Of a stretch of 64,000 bases of DNA, positions 53,702-64,000 are shown piece by piece. The notes beneath the pieces were generated by a model. That model saw only the letters and a list, made by a program, of their open reading frames with translations. It ran no database searches and was not told where the DNA came from. Both the position numbers and the translations under genes were made by a program. Every line of letters begins with the position of its first letter. The stretch's first letter is position 1. Where the stretch lies: positions 2,170,001 to 2,234,000 of the forward strand of contig CM102285.1 of the NCBI GenBank assembly GCA_046563655.1. Direction: 5' to 3'. The DNA is from Yuukianura sp. NJ FZ-2021 (taxonomy: Eukaryota).

Positions 53702-55702
53702 TTAGATAAGATTCTCTTTCTTGTACTTTTTACCTATTGTTGGATGATAAAATTTGTAATAATACAGCATCAGTGCAACTCCAATGAAAAACAAAACTTC
53801 TACGCATAGCATCAAACTGACCCGACTCCAGAGTTGTCCATTTTCAGACACAAAGCAAAACAGAAAAAGAATAGCCGTGTTTTCCAGAAAAGTGATTAAG
53901 TAAAATGCGATATACAGATTTCTAGTGTCAGCGTAATTGACGTTGTATCTCGAAAAAATGTGAATGAAAGCGTAGGCCATGTTGGCAGTGGCCTTCAAAA
54001 TGGCGACTTTAATCTCAGCCCATTTTGAATTTCCCTCTTCCGCATTTTCCATGGCTTCTCCAGTTTCTTCATTTTCAGATCCTGCTGGATTCTTGTCATC
54101 TTGAGGTTCATTTTGGTGAATTTCGGGAACTAACGAATTCTCTGAATTTTGGGCATTTGTCTGCTTCGTTTTGGTTGGATAGAATTGCAGCCATCCAAAC
54201 ATGCAAATGTAGTGGACAACTACAAACGGAGCGGCAAGGATTCCGAAAGTAGCGAAGAAAATCCCAAAGCTAGTCAACCTAGCACCTAAAACAAACAAAA
54301 CATGCCTCAAATGAATTTAAAAATTTTACTTTCTTCGTTATATATTTCCAATTTTTCGTTTGATTTGATCGGTCGATTTGAACAGTTTCCAAATTGTACC
54401 AAAAAACAACAGTGAATATGAGTTTTAGATTGATGATTTAATTTGGCATTCAAAAAATGACTTTAAACAATCGTAATTGAAAGCTTTTGTTGCATAGTGT
54501 AGTAGATTGTTTGATTGTTATTCTTACTCAGAAAAAATAGTTGCCAGAAGAAGTGTAGCGCCATTGCAGGTTTCGACATCGTCTTCGCACCCTCCCGTGC
54601 CTGTTGCTGTCGTCCGCAAGTATGAAAGGACATTACAGTTAAGGCCAAACTGAGCCAGGAGAATAAAATGCTGACAAAGCCCACAACAAATCCAAATCCT
54701 ATAAAAAAAAATTTAACCTTTTCATTTGTGTGTTTCAAAAGCTTGAAATCAAATTTAACAGGAATACCAAAAAAAAAAAAAAAAAATCAAAAGCACCAAA
54801 TCAAATTTTCTCTACGTTTGTCACCATTTCCAATCTTCAAAAGTTCCAAGTCTTTTTTTCAAAAGCAAAGCCTTTTAACTTTTCTTGTTCCGTATTTTCC
54901 GTAAACTGTTCAATTTCAATACAGTACAGCTTACCCACTGGCTGTTCCGTTTCTAGAAAAATCAGTTGTACAAGAATGGCTGTCTGCAAAACGATTTGAG
55001 GTGCTGCTTCTCCAAAGCCTTCGATGATTTTTAGAAAAGCTAGTTCCGCTTTGGCGTCAGTCATTTCATCATATTTCTTGTTTACGATTTCTTGGTTTGT
55101 TGCTTTTATAGTTTGGAAACTGAACGTCAATATTTCAATAGCCCTTAAAATCAATTCAATAAAATGCATTAGAGATTTAGAAAAATTTGAAACGTTTTGC
55201 AATTTTTTTCAAATTCTGATGAGGTCTGCGCAGTACGCAGTGTATGATAGTGGTTACCGTTGGACAAGTGAAAGTTGAAGCAAGGCCACGATGTAAGAGT
55301 ACCAACGAATTCGCTTTGAATTTTTCTCTGCGTAATCAGCATTTCTGGAAAAAAAAGTCCGAATTATGTTTGTCTTCGGTTAAGCACATAAGCAGTAAGA
55401 TTTCAAACTTTAAAAAAAACTTACAGCAGAAAGCTATAAGCGTTGACAAGAAGGCTCGGAGCCACGACGAATATAACAGTGAGATTACCGTAAGTTGTCC
55501 ATCCTTCACCGTAATACTTACAAGCCATATACAAATCCGAACATAGGTCGACTAAGTACAACACTAATGAGGCAAATGTGAAAATGATCCCAATTACTAC
55601 TGAAGTCCAGGTGAACTTCGCTTCCGGTGTATTTTCTGACTGTAGGTTCTCCTGTTCTGACGAATCGTCAGAAATTATGGCATCTACTGATTCCCTCTCC
55701 AT
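53702..55702 (-). CDS. XK-related (XKR/CED-8 family) phospholipid scramblase, multi-exon
   Basis: LVLYLVDLCSDLYMACKYY, LKIIEGFGEAAPQIVLQ, SILFSWLSLA, FYLITFLENT, LYYYKFYHP: XK-family signatures. Confidence 0.9.
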
Positions 55703-55995
55703 TTCTCTGAACGAATAACTCCACTTTTCAGTATCTTGAAAAAAAGTTGAACTAAACTCAAAAACGCAAGTAAGTCAGGGCAAATGGAACGTTTGTTTTG
55801 ATGAATTCAGCGCCGGCGCGTAATTAGGTTTTCTTTTGTAATGATAACACTCTGCGCAGATATAACTGAAACAATCAAATGAACTGATGCAAAACAGCGT
55901 GGGATGAACCAGTGCCGTCCAATCCTAACTTACGGATTGGGAAAACAAAAGAAAGCAAAGTGACCTTTGATCACCGGACTGAAGTGTAGAATGAC

Positions 55996-56869
55996 CAGAG
56001 GCACATTGGGAAAAGAGAGCTCAAAAAGCGACAAGGTTTTACATGAGTTTAAATGGGACGGCCTGTCGCATTTTGAGCTCCCTTTTCCCAATGTGAGAGG
56101 GGCAAAAAATATGTTGTTAAAACCAGTGAAATATGTATTTAAATATGTACTAAAAATCAGTGAAATATTTACAAACATATTTTTTATTTTACGACATATT
56201 TAACTATTTCCTTGAAATTACTACCCAACTGTAACCTGGATGTGCGTATTAGGAGCACGTATTCCTATTGGAAACGTTTACAAATGTCTATCGAGAGGAT
56301 TCTAAGCGTACATTAGGCTTCCCGTGTCCTTCGTATGCCATCTAACCATTAGTGCAAGCGCACACTGACCCATCTTTCGCATATGTTTTTTCTGGAATTG
56401 GCTTTTAAGCGTACATTTGTTTAAGCGTACGGTTGTTTACGTGTACGATCAATTTTTCTGTATACTTAGGCGATTTTGCGCGTTTAAAATTTTACTGAAA
56501 TAAGATATTGCAACTAAAATATTTTTTTGCGCATTAAAATAATGTGCGCAAATGGTGATTTTTAATTAGAGAAACTGCTTCAAAAGCGCGAAATTGTAAA
56601 ATAATTTTGCCACTGATATCCCTTCATACTATGGAGTGCTGGTTGCGGAAAATACTACGACAAATACATCAACATTAGTCTACTCAGTCGTCGATAAGGG
56701 CAAAATTGATTTGAAATGCCAGAAAATCATCCAAAATTCGACGAAAATACCTGATTTTTGTCAAATTCGGAGAATATTTTGCTAAATATTTTTTATATTT
56801 TTTTTCGCGAAATATTTTTTAAAAATATAAAAATATGTAACATGTAAAAAAATATGTTTTGCCCCTCTG
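55996..56869. mobile_element. Non-autonomous hAT element with 8-bp TSD
   Basis: AGAATGAC|CAGAGG[insert]GGCAAAAAATAT ... ATATGTTTTGCCCCTCTG|AGAATGAC. Confidence 0.85.
56002..56095. mobile_element. 94-bp Transib-type MITE inserted into the left TIR of the hAT element
   Basis: AGAGG|CACATTGGGAAAAGAGAGCTCAAAA ... TTTTGAGCTCCCTTTTCCCAATGTG|AGAGG; CAC...GTG ends with 5-bp TSD. Confidence 0.85.
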
Positions 56870-58752
56870 AGAATGACTAACGTCTTGTTAGAATGACTAA
56901 CGTCATCTTCGTTGTCCTTCCTTCAATCGAACTTTTACTCCAAGAACAAACAGAACCATACCAAAATAGACACAAAACCGATTGGTGACGTAAATGATGT
57001 AACTTTGGTTTTGGTGGTGTGATCAAAACACTGTTTCAAAAGAAGGACAATTGAATTTAACTTGCATTTTATCCGACCCATAGTCTTTTAGGTTAAACTG
57101 GGTCTAAAAAGTTCAAACTGACGATGATGCAGGAAATGTGTGGTTTTGGAGTCTATAGTTTTAATGGTAAAAAAAAAATGAAAAGTACAAATCGAGTTTC
57201 GCTGATAAAAGTGCTGGATTTCAAACCCTAATAAATTTTGTGTTGAAGTCGAAGCAAATCTTATCGTTGTGTTTACAAATGATTAAACACTTTGGAGCCG
57301 TTTTATTATGTTATGACTTCCAATTTGAATATTCAGCATCCAGAGATCAATTTCCAATTCTACTTTGTTAAGCAAATTCCCTGCAGCCTACACAGTCCAC
57401 AAGCATCACCTAGCAACAGCAAGCGTCGATACTTTTTTTTTCTGTTGTGTTAACTCGCCGACAAGAAACAACACGTTTTTTTTTTGTACGACTAACGTAT
57501 TTTTTTCGAAAACGTAAGCACTTTACTATACTAATTGCATTGTTTGCATGGCTTTTATTCAAACGGAACTGATTTTTGTTTTTGTAAAGTCGCGCCAAAG
57601 GCAGTGACGACGCCATGGATGATTCAGGAAGCTCTTCTAATACACAGAATGAATCAAAATCTGCTTCCACTCTTCCAATGACTAAGGATGAACTAACGAA
57701 GTTAATCGTGTAATACTCCACATCAAAACAGTTTTACAAAGCTAAATTAATAGATTAGTTTATTACTCTGTTAAAAACGAATCAAATTAATCTTCTTTTT
57801 TAACTTTAGTTTTAATTCGCCGTTCAACCGCACAATCCAAGGAATAAATGACCAAGTTGACAAGATCGGATCCGAAGCAAGCGGCACGAGCACAGGCAAA
57901 AATACATCTAATTTCACTTCAATCGCTTAACTTTAAGAACCTCTGGGAAAAAAAAAGACATTTGGCCAGGAAAATTATGCACAAAACTTACGGTGTATTT
58001 GTCAATTACTTGAATATATCAATACTTAATTTGATTAATCAAGTTGGTTCTAAGGCAGGATAAATTCCATATTTTGCTAGAATCGCTCGGTTGTCGTTGT
58101 ACAGTACTCACAACGTTTTACGTTTTATCCCCTTTTCAGCGTATTAGTTAACCCTTTGTAAACAAACGCACAAATTCGTTCTTTAAAACGGGATTTTACG
58201 CCAAAAACAAGTTTGCATAGAAAATGTACAGGGTCACCGTTAGTTTAAGTCTTCTTCACGTTTAAGCATTGTGCAAAGCCTTGATAAGAAAGGCAGTTTG
58301 GCCCGGAGTCAATTCTTGAAAGTTTTTACTGGGTTGATTCTTGTTTTTGGTGGACGTGGACAGACGAAGTCCAAGTCCACGGTAATCAGAAAATCGTAAC
58401 AGATGATCGTTTTAACTTGTTGGATCTGCTTCTTATATCTGCACTGCACGTCGTCAGCATGTGAAGAAAGAAAGAACTTGTTCTTGGTAAACATGCCCTT
58501 TGACTTGGACAGTCAGTCAATTTCAATCACACTGGAAGACTGGAACTAAGGAAGAGAGGGGTGAGTGCTCTCTTTTCGTTAGCCTGATTACTTCAACCAA
58601 AACACCATTAGAACACGACGAGTCACTTCAAAGAAAGCCACCGAGTAGAAATTACAATTTGGAGATTTAAGTTTACTTTATTCTTGGTATTAATTTTTGG
58701 CATTCGGCATCCGGATGCTCAGTGAAGGGCACGAACATTTGAGGAAGTGAAA

Positions 58753-61700
58753 ATGACGACAACAAGTGAAGGTAAAATAATTTGTAACTTGACAAATATT
58801 GTTGCCACGTTTATAGGCTAATAACCCTTTAAAATTTTCTTGATGTAGATTTTGCGACTGGGAATGTCGAAACAGAGCAGGCGCCTAGAAGACAAAGGAG
58901 GGTGACCATTTCTTCGGACACTGCAGAAGACAGTGACGGAGACGAGAACCGACCACTTCTGTCGTCGGACAAGGTGATATGAATGAGATACTTCAATTCA
59001 TTAACGGCATCGAGCAAATAGATTTGAATTATAATGTGTTGGGATATTTTTTAGAAACTGCCATTCCCGAAGTCCGTTTTCTTCATTTTTCTCAACGAGT
59101 TTTGTGAACGATATAGTTTCTACGGACTTGAAGCCATATTAGCTCTCTTTCTGCGCAACGTACTCAACTATTCTGAGTCTGCATCTACTATCATTTACCA
59201 TATATTCGTCGTAGTAGCATTCTCGTTTCCATTCCTTGGCGGGATATTTGGAGACTCCATTCTTGGGAAATTCAAGTGAGTAAATTATTTGAAAACCTTG
59301 TTCATTTGTAACTTCGTTGATAGTTTTCTGGATTAGTCGTTTTCATTTCCAGAACGACAGTCTATTTCTCAATTGCTCACTCAATTGGAAGCAGTGCACT
59401 TGCAGTGGGTGCCCTCCCGTTTCTTACTACCAAGATGGGGTAAGGTGAACAAATGTGAACAAATGACTGAACCCACGGAATTCATACTTATCTAAGTTCA
59501 TTGATGCGTTGCAGGACGTTAGTAACCGTAATAGCGTTATTGGTCACCGCCATAGGCATTGGAGGAATAAAGCCGAACGTTGCCGCCTTTGGAGGAGATC
59601 AATTTGTATTACCGGAACAAAGTTATCAGCTGACAGTATACTTTTCTATTTACTACGTTTCCATTAATGTCGGAGCAACTCTATCTGAGATATTTACACC
59701 AATGTTACGAAAAGATGTAGGGTGTTTTGGGGAAGACACATGCTATTCGCTAGCTTTTGGTAAGTCAGCCAACAAGAATATAATCTTGCTGTTATTAGTA
59801 CTGAAGCGATTGATCATAAGAAACACAACTTACTTTATTTCCAGCTGTTCCTGCGGTCCTCATGATACTCTCCTTGGGTAATATTCAACAAAGGCACTGT
59901 TTGACTTATGCATTAGTTATTCTTTAGGCTAAGCTACGAAAGATAACAGTTGGTATTGTTTTCTTGTTTTTTCAGTTACATTCGTCCTTGGGAAAAGAAT
60001 GTACAAAATTAAGCCGGTAACGGAGAGTGTAACCGTGAATACTTTCAAGTGCATTTGCGTAAGCTGCCAGTCACTTTTCGATGTACTATAAAACAATGAT
60101 TAGTATAAAGTACTGCCTATGTTTTCCAAACATCATATTTAGTATGCCATTGGAAATCGAAGTGCAAGACCTCAGGGCGGTCATTGGCTGGATTCAGCTG
60201 GCGACAAATATTCTCAAAGTTTTATCCAAGACATCAAGGATTTTTTCCAAGTCGTAATCCTCCTGTCACCATTGACCATTTTCTGGAGCCTTTGGACTCA
60301 GATGGGAACGACATGGTGAGTTACTGTGTCCTAAGCTAAGGTTTATTTATAAAACAAGTTCATATTTTTCTGTACGTCTGGGTTGTATCAGTGTGTAACT
60401 GTACAGGACATTTCAAGCGACGCGAATGAGCGGCTACCTCACTGAATCATATGCCATAAAGCCAGATCAACTTCAGGTTAGGAGAACAGCGTTGGAAGCA
60501 GTGATATAGAGCTCCGTTGCAGAAGCAATTTTGGTTCGCTGTTGACTACTGTAACTTTTCTAATCTCTTTATTTTTGAATAGGTGACCAACTCGTTCCTG
60601 ATTTTGTTTCTGATTCCATTCTTCGACATGGCGCTGTATCCATGCTTGGCAAAGTGTCATTGTCTGGTGAAACCGATTCAACGGATAGCAATGGGATGCT
60701 TCCTTATGGTGCTGTCATTTGTAGTTGCTGGTGTTCTAGAACTAGAACTGTCTAAGGCCAATCCTGTGATTCCAGCGACTGAGCAAATGACGTTCAACTT
60801 TGTCAATGCCTTACCTTGTGAACTCACTGTTTCCATCCAACCAGCATTCCCAGAAAAAAGCGCAACAGTCACTGAGGAAGACCTTCGTGTACATACACAT
60901 GTACTCGAAACATACGGCAACACGGTAAAAATTAACCGTGTACTAAAATTCCAATTAACTCATGCAATTACTAACTCTTACTTTATTTTTTTTTTACAGG
61001 TATTTTCAAAAATCCCCGCAGTAGACTACAATATGTCCATATCACCCGAATGCAGCTTCACAGGAGATGAAGAGCCGAAAGGCCTTTATCTTTTTCTTAA
61101 CTTTTCATCAAGTTCTTTCTTGCCTCAACCAGGAGAGGTTCAGACATTTCTAGTTACTGCTGACTCAAACTTGAAGGGCATCGTCCGACCTTCTCAGACA
61201 CACGAATCTCTAACAAAATCTGATGAAGCCAATGCAAAAATCAGACTGATCGGGGAAATCCAGGATCCGGGTCCTTACTCGGTCCTGCTAACGTCACACA
61301 TTCTGGCCAATTACTCTCTGGACTTTAACTCTCCTAAAAACCAAGAGTCACTTCCGTTTGAAGTAGATCCAGGAACGTAAGTGCATGCTTTTCTCACTAT
61401 GCCTAACCATGTTGTTAATGTTTCAATTCAGACTATGGAATCTATTTAAAACTAGGTACAATGTTAGCATCGTTCGAAACCGGGTTAACGGTACTAGTGG
61501 AGAAACTGTTTTCCTAGGTCCAATTACTGTATTGACTGGCGGCAGCTATCTTGTTGGGATTTTCCAAACTGTGGTCTCGCAGGTAACGTTGCACTGTAAA
61601 AATCCGAAGCTTCATGTTGAACTAAGATTCATTGCATAATTCATTATTATTTATTATCAGTCTATTCGCTGGAATCTTAAATTGTTGACAATCGCTTTTC

Positions 61701-62202
61701 GTTTGCAGGTTCCGTCCGTTCATGTTTACATGCTCACGAGCCCAAATATAGTTCATGTGCTATGGCAATTACCACAGTACGTTCTGCTAACACTGGCGGA
61801 AATCCTTGTCGCTGTTACAGGTTACCACTTTGCTTATGACCAGGCCCCTCCTTCCATGAAATCCACACTTCAGTCTGGTAAGATTAGTTTCTGAAGGAAC
61901 CTTTTGACTATTCGCCGATCCTTTATGTATTTGTTTTTATGTTTACAGTTTGGTTAATGACAAACGCTGGCGGGAATCTAATCGTTGTGTTCGTCGTTGC
62001 GTTTAACATTTTTCCCAGCATGGCCATTCTGTTTTTCTTCTTCGCTGGGCTCATGACCTTCGGCACTGCAATTTTCATTCTCCTCGGGTACAGTTACATA
62101 CCACGTTCGATTCCCGAAGAAGCACCGACGACTCCGCCATCACGTAGGAGACCTGTTCGCAGAACGTCAATAGCAGAAGCAGTTGCAACTGGAATCAAGT
62201 AA
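58753..62202 (+). CDS. Proton-coupled oligopeptide transporter (SLC15/PEPT1-like, POT family), multi-exon
   Basis: NEFCERYSFYG (ExxERFxYYG), GDSILGKF, GIGGIKPNVAAFGGDQF, YYVSINVG, large extracellular loop, WQLPQY, QAPPSMKSTLQ. Confidence 0.95.
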
Positions 62203-63120
62203 ACTTTTAACTGAATTTTAACTACATACACGTCAAACGCAAGTATCACGTTTTTACTTTTTTAAAATAAACGATATCCGCACCCCTCATCGTAATACTG
62301 AAATACGTTTGTGGAAAAGATTTCACCTTGAACTTCTGAAGTTCATGACGGCTATTGTAGTTATTTTACCGTCCAGTATTGACACATTTTTTCTCTTTCC
62401 TTAGAAATCTCGTGTCGTCAAATGGATTGATTTCTTTTGACATCATTCTCAATACAAACTTCCATCAAATGAAAATAATTTCCTAATTGATTTAGATAAT
62501 TCATTTTCAATGTCACTTGTGTAAATGGGATTTGGAAAAAAAAAATGTCGTTAGTTGAAATTGATTGATTAAAGTAGTCACTGACGATTGATCGATTACT
62601 AATCGGCTAATCAATCAAACTCTACCTCCATGGATCTTCCCATCAATAGAATTGTCAATGGAATCACGAAAAAAAATTCAGTTTTGGGGATGTTGCTTCC
62701 CAATTTTTTCGAAAAAAAAACTGAAATAAGAAAAGAAAATCTACTTGCTTTAAAACATTATAACTTCTTAAATTCTCAACCTGCCATTATTGGCAGGTGT
62801 ATGTTTGTCTTTTATATTAAATTTATAAAACTATGCAGCAAATAAAAAAAAAAAGAATTGAAAGTTCAACAGTGTTTGGTATTATAAGGTCGACGGCCAA
62901 CGAAGAAATGAAAGACAAAGCATTGGAAATTCACAAGACGAGGCAATTTGTGCTTTTTGAATGCTACAAATGACTCAGTCCGTTGTGCTCCTTCAATTAC
63001 ATCACCTTGCTTACATTTCATTTTAGCTGGAGCGTTAACCACTACACCAGGAGAACCCAGTTGGAAGACGAATGTGAAACTCGCGTTATTTCTGTGTAGT
63101 ACGGAAGCGTAAAAGGGACA

Positions 63121-64000
63121 TTGGGTTTCTCACTTCTTACACAACTTTCTCACTGCTTTGCACAACTTTCTCACATCTTAAAACTGGGTTTCTCACTTCT
63201 TCCACAACTTTCTCACTTCTTAAAACTGGGTTTCTCACTTCTTACGCAACTTTCTCACTTCTTAAAACTGGGTTTCTCACTTCTTACGCAACTTTCTCAC
63301 TTCTTAAAACTGGGTTTCTCACTTCTTACGCAACTTCCTCACTTCTCAAAACTGGGTTTCTCACTTCTTGAAACCCGGTGTATAGCTTTCATAATTGTAT
63401 CTGTCGCTGAAATACGTTTCAACTATAGTTATATTTGCCAGGTTAGGTTTCCAATCTCGCTTTAGCGACATAGTGCAACATATGACGAGATGATAATGGT
63501 CAAGTTTAAGCGTTTGTTGACAAAAAAAAAAACAACGTTTTTGGAACACAGCGGAGTTTTTTTTTTAAATATGCAACTGCCTGCATTCCGTTGGCCATTT
63601 TCATGCACTTTGAGTTACGACTCTGTACATTTGTACAGATGTGCAGAGTCGTACATAAATATGTACGAATCTGCTAATCGGATGGATTATGTTACCAGCG
63701 TACGTTACTTACGCTGCATTAGTGGTGGTGCATTCAGTACTTTTCTGGAACAGTACTTTAATTAGCCCAGTTTTACAAATAATCCCATTTCCAAAACTGG
63801 GTACCCAGTTCTACGAAGTGAGAAACCCAGTTTTAAGAAGTGAGAAAGTTGCGTAAGAAGTGAGAAACCCAGTTTTAAGAAGTGAGAAAGTTGTGGAAGA
63901 AGTGAGAAACCCAGTTTTAAGAAGTGAGAAAGTTGTGGAAGAAGTGAGAAGCCCAGTTTTAAGAACTGAGAAAGTTGTGGAAGAAGTGAGAAACCCAGTT
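63121..64000. repeat. Foldback-type element: 42-bp tandem repeat array (63121-63370) and its reverse complement (~63813 to window end)
   Basis: Unit AAAACTGGGTTTCTCACTTCTTACGCAACTTTCTCACTTCTT on the left and AAGAAGTGAGAAAGTTG..GAAGAAGTGAGAAACCCAGTTTT on the right. Confidence 0.85.

Noticed and set aside
63121-63465. 114-aa ORF with LKLGFSLLTQLSHF repeats
   Set aside because: Translation of the 42-bp DNA repeat, which is also present inverted

Overview
AT-rich eukaryotic (animal) genomic DNA with short spliceosomal introns. The gene content suggests a small arthropod such as a springtail; this is inference and not verified. From left to right: the 3' two-thirds of a fatty-acid-synthase-like megasynthase that ends at the ACP with no thioesterase; an F-box gene; an XRCC4-like gene; a decayed beta/gamma-crystallin-family pseudogene; a non-catalytic trypsin-fold gene whose introns hold MITEs and a Helitron; a ~1,150-aa secreted coiled-coil protein with a hydrophobic hairpin (pore-forming-toxin-like); a tandem array of secreted beta/gamma-crystallin-domain and DM9-repeat genes; a Gly-rich membrane protein; and three tandem CRAL-TRIO/SEC14 genes. 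Between the 2nd and 3rd SEC14 copies sits a 6.2-kb TIR element with AG...CT ends. It contains a nested 1.3-kb TIR element (AG...CT ends, perfect 6-bp TSD, i.e. Maverick/Polinton-like termini) carrying a spliced SET-domain pseudogene, plus a Ulp1/adenain-like protease exon. The rest holds an alpha/beta hydrolase, a Cys-rich EB/EGF-like gene, several tiny two-exon genes, an XK-family scramblase, a hAT element with a Transib-type MITE in its TIR, an SLC15 peptide transporter and a 42-bp-repeat foldback element. Exon boundaries were read by eye and are approximate.
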